A program made the translations under genes and the position numbers. Source: Armatimonadota bacterium (lineage in GTDB: Bacteria; Armatimonadota; UBA5829; DTLH01). From it: 64,000 bases of DNA. Shown in pieces: positions 10,408 to 19,826 of this stretch. The stretch spans positions 60,687 through 124,686 of the forward strand of contig JBDKUN010000050.1 in assembly GCA_039679675.1 (NCBI GenBank), given 5' to 3'. The notes under the pieces are model-generated. The model did not search any database. It was not told the origin of the DNA and saw only the letters and a program-made list of their open reading frames with translations. Position 1 is the first letter of the stretch. Each line of letters begins with the position of its first letter.

Positions 10408-10474
10408 TATGCTTCGGGACCGCAGTTACCCCGTGGACCCACCGAACCACGAGGAGTCGAAGCACGATTCTCCA
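10408..10474 (+). repeat. TATGCTTCGGGA...CGAAGCACGANTCTCCA repeat family, expanded copy
   Basis: Same ends as the copies at 24087-24128 and 28864-28905; inverted half copy at 2482-2502. Confidence 0.75.
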
Positions 10475-10523
10475 CAAATTCAAAGAACTGGTTTCGGCGC
10501 AAAAAACGCGCGTCGAAACATCA
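10474..10523 (+). repeat. Direct repeat copy 2
   Basis: ACAAATTCAAAGAACTGGTTTCGGCGCAAAAAACGCGCGTCGAAACATCA. Confidence 0.8.
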
Positions 10524-10594
10524 AAGACTATGACCGATACTCGTCAAGCCGAGGCGCGCTTTTTTAGTATTCAGTGGTCAGCTATTAGACAGAT

Positions 10595-11140
10595 TCACCA
10601 CTTTGTCACGTCGGCGCTTTCAACCCTTATTGCGCCGCCTTTCTTCTTATATTTGATAATCAAGTATGGGTCCGCTGCCCGCCATCTGAACCACGCCAAA
10701 GCTCTTTGGTCCGGGCTGGGAAATGCTAATAAACGATACATAGCTACAACATCATCACAATCGGCCTCAGGTTTACCCAGCAGAGAGAGGACTTCATCTT
10801 TGGCCATACCTTTGTGCAGATGATGAGAAAACAGGTCATTGATCATTTTCGTCCGCCGGTTGTCGTGAACTGGCCCACAGCTCCAACCGATATCGACCAT
10901 TCCATCGGCCGTACGCCACACCTCTTTGTCGAAAGGAATATCCTGCCAACCACCAAAATATGTGGAAACTCCCAGCAGATTTACGACTCCGAAATCAGCA
11001 AATATGGATATGCTTATTCCTATGGCCCCAACAAGCACGATAGCCATCAATACTACCCACCAGCGATTCCTACGGACTGACCAATTGAGCTTAAATATCA
11101 TTTTGTTCTCCAGCCCTGTTTGTACTACGATGAACATCAT
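10595..11140 (-). CDS. Membrane-anchored hypothetical protein with SmpA/BamE-like motif
   Basis: TM helix followed by FDKEVW and LHKGMAKDEVLSLLGKP. Start uncertain. Confidence 0.6.
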   Translation of the reverse strand: MMFIVVQTGLENKMIFKLNWSVRRNRWWVVLMAIVLVGAIGISISIFADFGVVNLLGVSTYFGGWQDIPFDKEVWRTADGMVDIGWSCGPVHDNRRTKMINDLFSHHLHKGMAKDEVLSLLGKPEADCDDVVAMYRLLAFPSPDQRALAWFRWRAADPYLIIKYKKKGGAIRVESADVTKW

Positions 11141-11197
11141 GATGGGCCGGAAAATCCATCCCCATTCGGGGCATGATCCCCCGGCCCATCAGTGGTT

Positions 11198-14100
11198 CTA
11201 CTTCACAACTATCTCCACCTTACCGACGAGTCCCGACGGCCTCGGTGTAAATGTCAGCAGGTTCGATAGCGAGTTGGCTACCCTGATCTCGATTTCGTTC
11301 TCGCCGGACTTCACGAAATCGGTTATATCGGCTTCCCACGGCTCCCAAGGAAGCACACCGGCGGACTTGCCGTTCACGATGACCTCCGCCATGTCGGCAG
11401 GCTTCTCCATTCTGAGCAAAACGCGGCCTTTCGGGTTATCGAGCGTCACTTTCTGCTTGTAGACCCCGATCCCCGAATAATACGGATACCCCTGTTCCGC
11501 CCAGGAGCCGGTCTTGATCTTTCCGGTCACCGGCGTGAACTTCAGGCTTCCCGGTTCCCCATGAAGCTCGAAGTCGCCAATGAGATACGCAGGGTTGGAA
11601 AGATGACCGGCATCCAGATGCCAGGTGTATGTCCGGATCTTGAGCACGTTTTTGCCCTTCTTAACGATACCGGTAACGTCGATCTCGCTGATCAGGTGAT
11701 CGAGGTAGCTTCCTTCATCGAAATTCTCGAGAGGCTGGTCGTTCAGACTGATTTTAAGACGAATAGGCACGCTCCTCCGCCAGGTTTTCTCGATGAGCAG
11801 GCCATCTATCAGCAACCGGGCATTTTTGAGCTCCATATCGCATTCGAATTCGGCTTCATAATCGTGCAGGCCGTTAATCCAGTTATCTCCATACTCAACG
11901 TTCGTCTTATAATGCCAATCGGCGATTGGAAAAGCGTTCCGTGTAAGAGTCGAGAACTCCCATTCGTCTTTTAGCTGGACAACCTGCTCTTTGCCTGAAC
12001 TGACGGACTTTTTACCGGGCTCCCATATCTCGGAAGGGGTAATGCTTATAAGATGCGACTCAGTCGGCTGGAAATCGAGCGTGAATTTTATCCGCTCGTC
12101 TTCGAACTCGTAATCATCGATCAGTTTCGTCTCGCCGGTGATTGTATCCCAAAGCACCGGGACTCCGAGCGTGTTGAAACTGATAGCTGCCTTGTAGCTT
12201 TTCGTCTCGGACGTGTTCGCCATGAACAGGAAGTCAACATCTCCGCGCCTGTAGTGGCAGTGGACTATCTCAGGGATGTAAGGCTGGCTGCTGCCTTCGG
12301 CGCTGATCACCACATCCGGCTCGATAAGGTTTCTGAGCGTGTTGGAGATAGCCGTTGTGACATCCGCTACCGGCTTTTCGGCAACGTCGGGGATCACCAC
12401 TGAAAGGTCCTCATCTTCGGCGGACGACTTTCTCTGTGCGAGCTTGCCGGACTGCCAGTCGTACTCCAGCCTGAACTGATCGGCCAGAAGTTCCGGCGTC
12501 ATAAACCCGTCAGACCAGTCGCTCGCGCCAGCTGTGACGAATGTCTTCGGCATGTCTCCGCATACTATTATGGGGTTGCCTTCTTCTATCGCCACACTGA
12601 TGAAATGCGCCGTATCTTCGAGAAGCGTGATGCAGCCGGGGACGATTATCGCCTTATACTGCTCCAGGCTATCCATATGCTCAAGGTCGGTCGGGTCCAT
12701 ACTCTCGATGATCGTCTCTTCCGGCAGGATATCGAAGTCGAACCCGGCTTGAAGCAGCGCCATGGTGACTCTGGTGAAGTTGTCGATTATCTCGCCCGTC
12801 CTGCCCCAGTCCGGGTTCATGGCTGTCCACATCGACCTGGTGGGATAGATAACGGCGATATCCGCCACATGTGTTCCGTTTGAGAGCGCAGCGCAGATTC
12901 TCGCGACATAATCTGCAAAAGTGTTGTAGTACGGCCAGAATGGGCACTGATAGAACTCACTCGGCGGGCACTCGTATTTTCTGCCCCCCTGGATAGAGTA
13001 ATAGAACGCATGAGGCGCGAACAGATTGATGCCAAGCGCTATCTGCCAGTCGGTCAGCTTCTTCAGTGTGCGAAGGTCAATCTCCCATCCCTTGGCAACT
13101 CCGAATGCCTCGCTCATTACCCGCGGTTTCCCGTATATATGGGCAGCGGAGCTTGCCATCTTTGGGCCTATCAGGTTGTTCAGCGCGCCTTTATTATTTA
13201 TCGACGGCCATGTTCCGTCCGTCAGGAAGTCCACGCCGCCGAAGTGCATATATTTCGCGCTCCTGAAGAAGTCCCCCTGGTGTTTGGCGGTGTTGTACAT
13301 CTCGCCCTCGTATAATACGTGGCCGATAAAGTTCAGCTTGCGTTCTTCGCACCAGTCATAGGTCTGCTTGAAGTATGCCTGCGAGTAAGCCTCCGTGGCT
13401 GCATCGTAAAAATCACATCTAATCTGTGCGGTCGATGTTCCTGCATCCTTGAAGACCGCCGGAAGCGCGTTTATGATATCGTAGCCGTGCCTTTTGGCAA
13501 ACTCGGCCGGAAGCACGGGAGACCAGGGCGCGGCGATAGATTTGTTATAGTTCATCGAAGGTTCGTCGGTGAACATGCCTTCGACTGCCCCGCCGAAGTA
13601 ACCGCTGAACCGGTCAGCATACTTTTCGTGGGTCATTTCGATAAATTTTGAAATGGCATCCTTCGAAAGTGAGTCGATGTACCCGTTGGCACAACCAAAT
13701 TTCGTGAGGAATGTGCGGGTGAAGGCCATAACCTGCCAGCGTCCACCCTTCGGAGCTGTCCAGTCGAGGTCATACTCCTCCATATATTCCATAAGCGGAA
13801 CGGCGGACTGTGGCAGCCCTTCCAGTTTGCCGTTCCGGCCGACCGGCACGGCTACCACGGCTATAAGCTCCTCTTTCGGGTCGATTTTCTCCTTCAAGCG
13901 CTTCCCGCCCTGAACAGTCCACTCCTGCGTAAGAAAACAGCCGGACATCCTGAACTCAGGATACTTCTCTATCAGCTCGCCGTCCACCGGCCCGCTCGGC
14001 CAGTTGTTCTCGTCATAGAGATAGGTCTTCATCCTGAGCTTATCTGCTTCCTTGATGCAGGTCTCGATCCGGTCCATATACTCATCGGAGAGGTACGGGG

Positions 14101-14275
14101 TGATCATCCCGTGGCGTGGGTGCAGAATTAACCCGCCGACTCCCTGCTGTTTCATCTCTCTGATCTGCCAGACCAACTCCGAATCTTTCATGTCATGGTT
14201 CAAAAACCAGAACGGCGCAACACGGTAGGTGTTCGACGGTTTTGCAAACTCTCTTTGCAGGCTTTCCATATCCAT
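11198..14275 (-). CDS. Large glycoside hydrolase (GH106/alpha-L-rhamnosidase-like with C-terminal sugar-binding domain)
   Basis: APFWFLN, LYDENNWPSG, FTDEP, MSEAFG and C-terminal GSWAEQGYPYYSG...SGLVGKV motifs. Confidence 0.8.
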   Translation of the reverse strand: MDMESLQREFAKPSNTYRVAPFWFLNHDMKDSELVWQIREMKQQGVGGLILHPRHGMITPYLSDEYMDRIETCIKEADKLRMKTYLYDENNWPSGPVDGELIEKYPEFRMSGCFLTQEWTVQGGKRLKEKIDPKEELIAVVAVPVGRNGKLEGLPQSAVPLMEYMEEYDLDWTAPKGGRWQVMAFTRTFLTKFGCANGYIDSLSKDAISKFIEMTHEKYADRFSGYFGGAVEGMFTDEPSMNYNKSIAAPWSPVLPAEFAKRHGYDIINALPAVFKDAGTSTAQIRCDFYDAATEAYSQAYFKQTYDWCEERKLNFIGHVLYEGEMYNTAKHQGDFFRSAKYMHFGGVDFLTDGTWPSINNKGALNNLIGPKMASSAAHIYGKPRVMSEAFGVAKGWEIDLRTLKKLTDWQIALGINLFAPHAFYYSIQGGRKYECPPSEFYQCPFWPYYNTFADYVARICAALSNGTHVADIAVIYPTRSMWTAMNPDWGRTGEIIDNFTRVTMALLQAGFDFDILPEETIIESMDPTDLEHMDSLEQYKAIIVPGCITLLEDTAHFISVAIEEGNPIIVCGDMPKTFVTAGASDWSDGFMTPELLADQFRLEYDWQSGKLAQRKSSAEDEDLSVVIPDVAEKPVADVTTAISNTLRNLIEPDVVISAEGSSQPYIPEIVHCHYRRGDVDFLFMANTSETKSYKAAISFNTLGVPVLWDTITGETKLIDDYEFEDERIKFTLDFQPTESHLISITPSEIWEPGKKSVSSGKEQVVQLKDEWEFSTLTRNAFPIADWHYKTNVEYGDNWINGLHDYEAEFECDMELKNARLLIDGLLIEKTWRRSVPIRLKISLNDQPLENFDEGSYLDHLISEIDVTGIVKKGKNVLKIRTYTWHLDAGHLSNPAYLIGDFELHGEPGSLKFTPVTGKIKTGSWAEQGYPYYSGIGVYKQKVTLDNPKGRVLLRMEKPADMAEVIVNGKSAGVLPWEPWEADITDFVKSGENEIEIRVANSLSNLLTFTPRPSGLVGKVEIVVK

Positions 14276-14298
14276 GTGTAGTGCTAGCTCCTTAACTA

Positions 14299-14360
14299 AA
14301 CTTTATTCGCGAAGCGAATAAAGTTCCCTTTTTAGCTTTATTCGCGGAGCGAATAAAGCT
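14299..14360. repeat. Tandem pair of REP-like palindromes
   Basis: AACTTTATTCGC-GAA-GCGAATAAAGTT and AGCTTTATTCGC-GGA-GCGAATAAAGCT. Confidence 0.8.
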
Positions 14361-14456
14361 TTCCTAACCCGCACTATCTACTCTTGCGAGTCAGACTATA
14401 AACATACGGATTATAGCTGGAAGAGCATGATGGGGTCAAGCACAATCGAGCTCTTT

Positions 14457-14804
14457 TTACGGCCGGGTCGGCGGCTGCCAGGGCCAGCGGCCTTCGAGTT
14501 CGACCTGCAGGGATGTGCTGAGGAATGTTCGGATGATTACGATTACCCCAAGGACGGCGACATTGCCAAAAGTGGGTGCAACGACGACGGTGTGGATGAT
14601 GTCGCCCGCAATCAGGAACTCAAGCCCAAGGAGTATGGCCCGCCCGATGTCCCGCCGGTAGGACTGATATGACACACCAGCCTGACCGTACCGCCGAAGC
14701 AGAAACCGGGCTGTGGCTATGAGCGTGCCTATGAAGATTACGATAACCCCCATGCCGTCGATTATAGTCCCTATATTGCCCATGGTTTCGTGATAAAAAC
14801 TCAC
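14457..14804 (-). CDS. DUF1622 membrane protein
   Basis: GRAILLGLEFLIAGDII and IRTFLS...EGRWPW motifs. Confidence 0.9.
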   Translation of the reverse strand: MSFYHETMGNIGTIIDGMGVIVIFIGTLIATARFLLRRYGQAGVSYQSYRRDIGRAILLGLEFLIAGDIIHTVVVAPTFGNVAVLGVIVIIRTFLSTSLQVELEGRWPWQPPTRP

Positions 14805-14891
14805 ATCAGGACTCCCGCCGCCATTCTACGGCGAGTATACCCGGCAGGTTGATAGATTATGGATGCGGTGAGTTGTGGAGAAAATTGAAGC

Positions 14892-14927
14892 CGCCACAGG
14901 GCTCTCTGTTTTCTGAGAGCCCTGTGC
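14892..14927 (-). terminator. Putative terminator hairpin downstream of clpB
   Basis: CACAGGGCTCTC...GAGAGCCCTGTG inverted repeat. Confidence 0.55.
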
Positions 14928-14943
14928 TACATATTGCAGAAGC

Positions 14944-17583
14944 TCAGACAGCCGCTGCGGTTTCCCCGGCTTTCTCGAAGACTATCTCGCCCGCGTCGTC
15001 TGTATCGACTGTAATGAGGTCGCCTTCCCTAAACCGGCCTTCGATCAAAGCCAGTGCCAGCGGGTCTTGGATCTTCCTCTGTATCGCCCGCTTCAGCGGC
15101 CGCGCGCCGTATACCGGATCGTAACCCTCATCCGCCAATTTGTCCTTTGCCTTGTCGGTTAGTTCTATCTCGATCTTCCGGTCTTCAAGCCGCTTCTTCA
15201 GCTGCTTCAGCTGAATCTCGACGATTCTCTTGATGTCATCCTTCGAAAGCGAATTGAATATAATGATCTCATCGACACGGTTCAGGAACTCCGGCTTGAA
15301 GTGGGCTCGGAGAGCTTCCAGCACTGCCGTATGGGCTTCGTCTTCCTCCGCATTGCCTGTCACGCCGGTCCGCATGCTCTTGATTCTAGCTTCGCGGATA
15401 AGGTCGCTCCCGATGTTCGACGTCATAATAATGACTGTGTTCTTGAAATCGACCGTCCTGCCCTGTCCGTCCGTCAAACGCCCATCGTCCAGTATCTGAA
15501 GCAGCGCGTTGAACACCTCCGGGTGGGCTTTTTCGATCTCATCGAAGAGCACCACCGAATAAGGCCGTCTTCGGACTGCCTCTGTGATCTGTCCGCCCTC
15601 TTCATAGCCGACGTACCCGGGAGGAGCGCCGACGAGCCGCGCGACAGTGTGCCGCTCCTGATATTCTGACATATCGAGCCTTATCATCGCACGTTCATCA
15701 TCGAACAGGAACTCCGCAAGCGCCCGTGCAAGCTCAGTCTTGCCCACACCGGTCGGGCCCATAAAGATAAAACTGCCTATGGGCCTGTTCGGGTCCTGAA
15801 GCCCTGCCCTTGCGCGGCGGACAGCGTTCGATACCGCCGTAATCGCCTCATCCTGGCCGATTACCCGGTCGTGGAGCCTGTCTTCCATCCGAATCAGCTT
15901 CTGGACTTCGCCTTCCAGCATTCTTGAGACCGGAATACCTGTCCATTTGGAGACTACCTCGGCGATGTCGTCCTCATCGACCTCTTCCTTCAGCATCTTA
16001 TGGTCTTTCTGAAGCTCCTCCAGCCGGGAATTCTGCTCCTGAAGCTCTTTTTCAAGGTTTAGAAGAACTCCGTAACGCAGTTCCGCTGCTTTTCCGAGGT
16101 CACCGGCGCGTTCAGCAGTCTGCGAGTCCTGCTTCGCCTGCTCGATCTGTCCCTTTATCTCTCGAATCCGGCTGATGACATCCTTCTCGTTCTGCCAGTG
16201 CGCCTTCATCTCCGAAGACTGCTCGCGGAGGTCAGCCAGCTCCTGTTCGAGCTTGGCAAGCCGCTCCATCGACGCCTGGTCTGTCTCTTTTTTGAGTGCT
16301 TCACGCTCAATTTCGAGCTGCCGAATCCGCCGTTCAACCTCGTCTATCTCGGTCGGCATGCTGTCGATCTCAATCCTCAGCCTTGAAGCGGCCTCATCGA
16401 TCAGGTCGATAGCCTTATCCGGCAGGAACCTGTCGGCAATGTACCTGTTCGAGAGTATTGCCGCCGCGACAATGGCCGAATCAGTGATCCTGACCCCGTG
16501 GTGGACCTCATATTTCTCCTTCAACCCACGCAGGATGGCTATAGTGTCGTCCACTGACGGCTCTCCAACGATAATCGGCTGGAACCTTCGCTCCAGTGCC
16601 GCATCTTTCTCGATATGCTTGTGGTACTCGTTCAAGGTAGTCGCGCCGACGGCTCGGAGCTCACCACGCGCAAGCATCGGTTTCAGCATGTTCGACGCAT
16701 CGATTGCGCCTTCCGCCGCACCTGCCCCAACGATGGTATGAAGCTCGTCTATGAAGAGGATTATCTGCCCCTCAGCCTCTGCTATCTCACGCAGAACGGC
16801 TTTCAACCTGTCCTCGAACTCGCCGCGGTACTTAGCGCCGGCGACCATGCTGCCGATGTCAAGCGAGACGACCTTTTTGTTCTTCAGCCCTTCCGGCACG
16901 TCACCTGAGACGATCCGCTGGGCAAGCCCTTCGACTATAGCCGTCTTGCCGACACCAGGCTCACCGATCAAGACCGGGTTGTTTTTCGTCCGGCGAGAAA
17001 GCACCTGGATCACCCGACGGATTTCGTCATCACGCCCGATAACAGGGTCGAGTTTGCCTTCCGCGGCGAGCTTGGTAAGGTCACGGCCGTATCTCTCCAG
17101 CGCCTGGTACTTCTCTTCCGGGTTCTGGTCCGTCACCCTCTGCCCGCCACGGACATCGGCAAGCGCCTTGTATATGGAATCTTTGGTCACACCTTGGCTC
17201 TTCAGGATTCGACCGGCCGCGCCGGTATCGCCCGTGATAGCGATCAACAGATGTTCGGTACTGACGTACTCGTCCTTCATCCGCTGGGCTTCCTGCCAGG
17301 CTTCGTCGAGTATGGTCTTCAGCCTCGGAGATATGTACTCACCGCCGCTCACCGCGCCGGATACTTTCGGTATTCGGTTCAGTTCTTCCTCGACCTGGCC
17401 TGCGACAAGCTCAGGACGGACTCCCAACTTCTGCATTATAGGTGCAACAACGCCGCCATCCTGCCGTACGAGCGCCAGAAGCAGGTGCTCGACATCTATC
17501 TGCTGATGGTTCTTCGCCTCCGCGAAGCCCTGCGCCTCTTGAATAGCTTCCTGTGCCTTGATTGTAAATTTGTCCAGTCTCAT
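14944..17583 (-). CDS. clpB: Chaperone ClpB
   Basis: Two AAA modules ([16 protein letters not shown]), long coiled-coil M domain and GARPLKR. Confidence 0.98.
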   Translation of the reverse strand: MRLDKFTIKAQEAIQEAQGFAEAKNHQQIDVEHLLLALVRQDGGVVAPIMQKLGVRPELVAGQVEEELNRIPKVSGAVSGGEYISPRLKTILDEAWQEAQRMKDEYVSTEHLLIAITGDTGAAGRILKSQGVTKDSIYKALADVRGGQRVTDQNPEEKYQALERYGRDLTKLAAEGKLDPVIGRDDEIRRVIQVLSRRTKNNPVLIGEPGVGKTAIVEGLAQRIVSGDVPEGLKNKKVVSLDIGSMVAGAKYRGEFEDRLKAVLREIAEAEGQIILFIDELHTIVGAGAAEGAIDASNMLKPMLARGELRAVGATTLNEYHKHIEKDAALERRFQPIIVGEPSVDDTIAILRGLKEKYEVHHGVRITDSAIVAAAILSNRYIADRFLPDKAIDLIDEAASRLRIEIDSMPTEIDEVERRIRQLEIEREALKKETDQASMERLAKLEQELADLREQSSEMKAHWQNEKDVISRIREIKGQIEQAKQDSQTAERAGDLGKAAELRYGVLLNLEKELQEQNSRLEELQKDHKMLKEEVDEDDIAEVVSKWTGIPVSRMLEGEVQKLIRMEDRLHDRVIGQDEAITAVSNAVRRARAGLQDPNRPIGSFIFMGPTGVGKTELARALAEFLFDDERAMIRLDMSEYQERHTVARLVGAPPGYVGYEEGGQITEAVRRRPYSVVLFDEIEKAHPEVFNALLQILDDGRLTDGQGRTVDFKNTVIIMTSNIGSDLIREARIKSMRTGVTGNAEEDEAHTAVLEALRAHFKPEFLNRVDEIIIFNSLSKDDIKRIVEIQLKQLKKRLEDRKIEIELTDKAKDKLADEGYDPVYGARPLKRAIQRKIQDPLALALIEGRFREGDLITVDTDDAGEIVFEKAGETAAAV

Positions 17584-17647
17584 AGCCGTCTCTCCCTTAT
17601 CCGGCGCTGTGCTGCGCCGCTGGAACTACCAGCTTTATGTTAAAAGC

Positions 17648-17677
17648 AGCATAACACTTGAGTGTATCATTGTCAAG
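17648..17677 (-). promoter_or_regulatory. clpB sigma70 promoter overlapped by a HAIR-like (HspR) operator
   Basis: Minus strand TTGACA-17 nt-TATGCT. Plus strand CTTGAGT-N7-TGTCAAG versus HAIR consensus CTTGAGT-N7-ACTCAAG. Confidence 0.75.
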
Positions 17678-17823
17678 TAGATATTTCCATATTTGTTGGG
17701 TTTTGAAACATGGGGGATGGTAGGAACTTGGAAGACATAACTGTTTGGCTGGACTATAAATGATGATATCCAGCTTATTATACGAAAGGCCATGATTTGA
17801 CTAGTCTATACTCGGGAGGTAGA

Positions 17824-19497
17824 ATGAATCACATTTTTGATAAGAGGTATCAATTGGTGGCTAAAATAGGCGTATTGAAAGTCGTGAAGAGGGTATTTTA
17901 CGTTATATTTCTAGTCTTGATTTTGCTCACCAATTACCCAGCTTTTGCCAAGCAGCAACACACCACAACTACAAAACCATCTAGAGCTACCACTGCAAAA
18001 CATGACAACTCGCGGCAGAGATTAGTTGATGCTCAGATAAAAGCTCAGACTGAATGTCTGAACGAACAGAGAAAACTCGCGGAAGAACAGCAAAAAGATG
18101 TTGCAGATGGAAGAGCGCCATTATTTGGGATACTACACATTCGGAAATTCGAAGCAAGTATATTAACTGGAATTGGCGCAATCCTCGCTGCTTTAGTTGC
18201 ATTCCTTACTTTTATTTTTACCTATCGTTCTTCCCGTCGTGATCAACGCAATACTCAGTTCTACGAAGCACTAAAACGCTTTGGGGATCAAGAAAGCCCT
18301 ACACTTCGTACAAGTGCAGCCGGTTTGCTTGTTCAGATGGCTCAGCGCAAGGAGTGGTCATTATGGCCTTTGCCGCATCGGACAAGACCTTACTTTACCA
18401 CGGCTCTTGAACAACTTATGGCGGGGTTACAACTTGAGACTGATCCAGTTGTAATTGCGACTATCCAAAATGTTAGCCGTTCTATGGTTGAGATAGATGC
18501 TCAGGTGTCTATGCATATTTTGCTACGAGTTAATAGACAACTGCAATACGATATGGTAGACATTCAGAATCAAGCGGTATCGCTGTGGAAAGATCAAAAC
18601 TGGCAAATGGATGATCTCTGGAACGAAGTCGCTCTTACTACAGGTTATTCTAAAGAGATATTGTATAACTTTTATACTCGTTATCATGCATTTCTAGGCA
18701 TATTTCACTTGACGCTTGGATTATATCAAACAAAAAATAAACAACTACCACTTGTACCAGAGTTGCCTTCTACCATAGAAAAACGTTTATGTCAGCTTGG
18801 CGCAGCTATGAGAATGAACGTTGCACTTATTATCGCCGCAACACAAACATGCGCATTAAATATTCCTAGCAAATGCGACATTGACACAATTTTCCTAGCA
18901 GAAGCTAATATAACTACCTCTAGAATGTTAATCGGACTATGCACGCAGATGTTTATCGATAAGAATTTTGCGTCACGAGCCATTTCGGATTCAATTAAAT
19001 CACTCCTCAGTGTATATAGGAATCATTCGAAGCTTTCACAGTTTGTTTCACTTAGCAAACGCTTATGCTGTAAGGCTGGTGAGTTTCTGGGATTTGATTG
19101 GGGTGAACCAGATAATATTCTTGTGGACTTGTTTATGAAAGAAAAATTTTTGCTAAAGTCCAATCTATGTCGAACATTTCTTGATGGAGCTGATCTAAGT
19201 CTCGCTCGCATGCCTAAAGCCAGTCTATCAGGAGCATCATTATACAGAACAATACTCTATGGCATACAGATTACAAAAAGAACAGATCTTTCCTTTGCTA
19301 ACTGGTGGGATGGAGTGTTTATATCCGATCTTTCAGATGAACCAGATCTAGAGTTGCTAGAAATATTATATGGTCGTTATGGTAAATTTGTACCAGATGA
19401 TCTTTCATCCTGCACTGATGTGGTTCGCGATTTTATTGAGAAGAAACGCAAGGAAGATCCGATGCAAAAATTCATGAAGCGCTTTTTACGCCACTAA
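17824..19497 (+). CDS. AT-rich membrane protein with C-terminal pentapeptide repeats
   Basis: GGAGGT RBS before ATG 17824; two hydrophobic segments; FYEALKRFGD...LRTSA; repeats SNLCR TFLDG ADLSL ARMPK ASLSG ASLYR. Confidence 0.7.
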   Translation: MNHIFDKRYQLVAKIGVLKVVKRVFYVIFLVLILLTNYPAFAKQQHTTTTKPSRATTAKHDNSRQRLVDAQIKAQTECLNEQRKLAEEQQKDVADGRAPLFGILHIRKFEASILTGIGAILAALVAFLTFIFTYRSSRRDQRNTQFYEALKRFGDQESPTLRTSAAGLLVQMAQRKEWSLWPLPHRTRPYFTTALEQLMAGLQLETDPVVIATIQNVSRSMVEIDAQVSMHILLRVNRQLQYDMVDIQNQAVSLWKDQNWQMDDLWNEVALTTGYSKEILYNFYTRYHAFLGIFHLTLGLYQTKNKQLPLVPELPSTIEKRLCQLGAAMRMNVALIIAATQTCALNIPSKCDIDTIFLAEANITTSRMLIGLCTQMFIDKNFASRAISDSIKSLLSVYRNHSKLSQFVSLSKRLCCKAGEFLGFDWGEPDNILVDLFMKEKFLLKSNLCRTFLDGADLSLARMPKASLSGASLYRTILYGIQITKRTDLSFANWWDGVFISDLSDEPDLELLEILYGRYGKFVPDDLSSCTDVVRDFIEKKRKEDPMQKFMKRFLRH

Positions 19498-19561
19498 TAT
19501 GAGGAGAAGGCGCTGAGACAGCTTCTCCAACGCCCTCTATTTAAAATCAAGCTGATTGCCC

Positions 19562-19768
19562 TCACATCGCCTGTCTGAGCTGGTCTTCGTATTCGCCGAC
19601 ACGGCCTTTAATTGCAACTGCAGCTTTGACGAGTGCATCTGCTGCCTGCCGCGACTTGTCAGCAATCTGCACCCTCATATCCGGCCCTGGGCTGGGGGTA
19701 TAAAGCAAGGTCACTGCAGCTCCAACTGCCGCTCCTATGAATATTCCAAGCAGAAAGTTTCTGTCCAT
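19562..19768 (-). CDS. YtxH-domain protein
   Basis: FLLGIFIGAAVGAAVTLLYTPSPGPDMR; GGAG RBS. Confidence 0.8.
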   Translation of the reverse strand: MDRNFLLGIFIGAAVGAAVTLLYTPSPGPDMRVQIADKSRQAADALVKAAVAIKGRVGEYEDQLRQAM

Positions 19769-19826
19769 TATCACCACTCCTGTCAAAAATCCATGCAGAG
19801 ACGTTATACCCGTCCCTGTAGAATCT

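Noticed and set aside
10135..10523. Intact tmRNA using GTTTCGAC at about 10512-10519 as its 5' end
   Set aside because: That motif belongs to the direct repeat also present at 7845. It is not preceded by a GGGG acceptor strand, and the 3' CCA end is missing.
7845..10523. Integron attC sites
   Set aside because: The GCGCAAAAAACGCGC core is reminiscent, but the RYYYAAC/GTTRRRY boxes are not evident, the repeats do not follow each ORF and no integrase is present.
9953..10567. ORFs 9953-10357 and 10379-10567
   Set aside because: They overlap the tmRNA remnant and repeats on the other strand and show no protein features.
14299..14360. CRISPR array
   Set aside because: There are only two units with an 8 nt gap and no cas genes. 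No regularly spaced repeat array was seen anywhere in the window.
17640..17690. CIRCE or CtsR site at clpB
   Set aside because: There is no TTAGCACTC-N9-GAGTGCTAA or GGTCAAA heptad repeat; the site fits HAIR instead.
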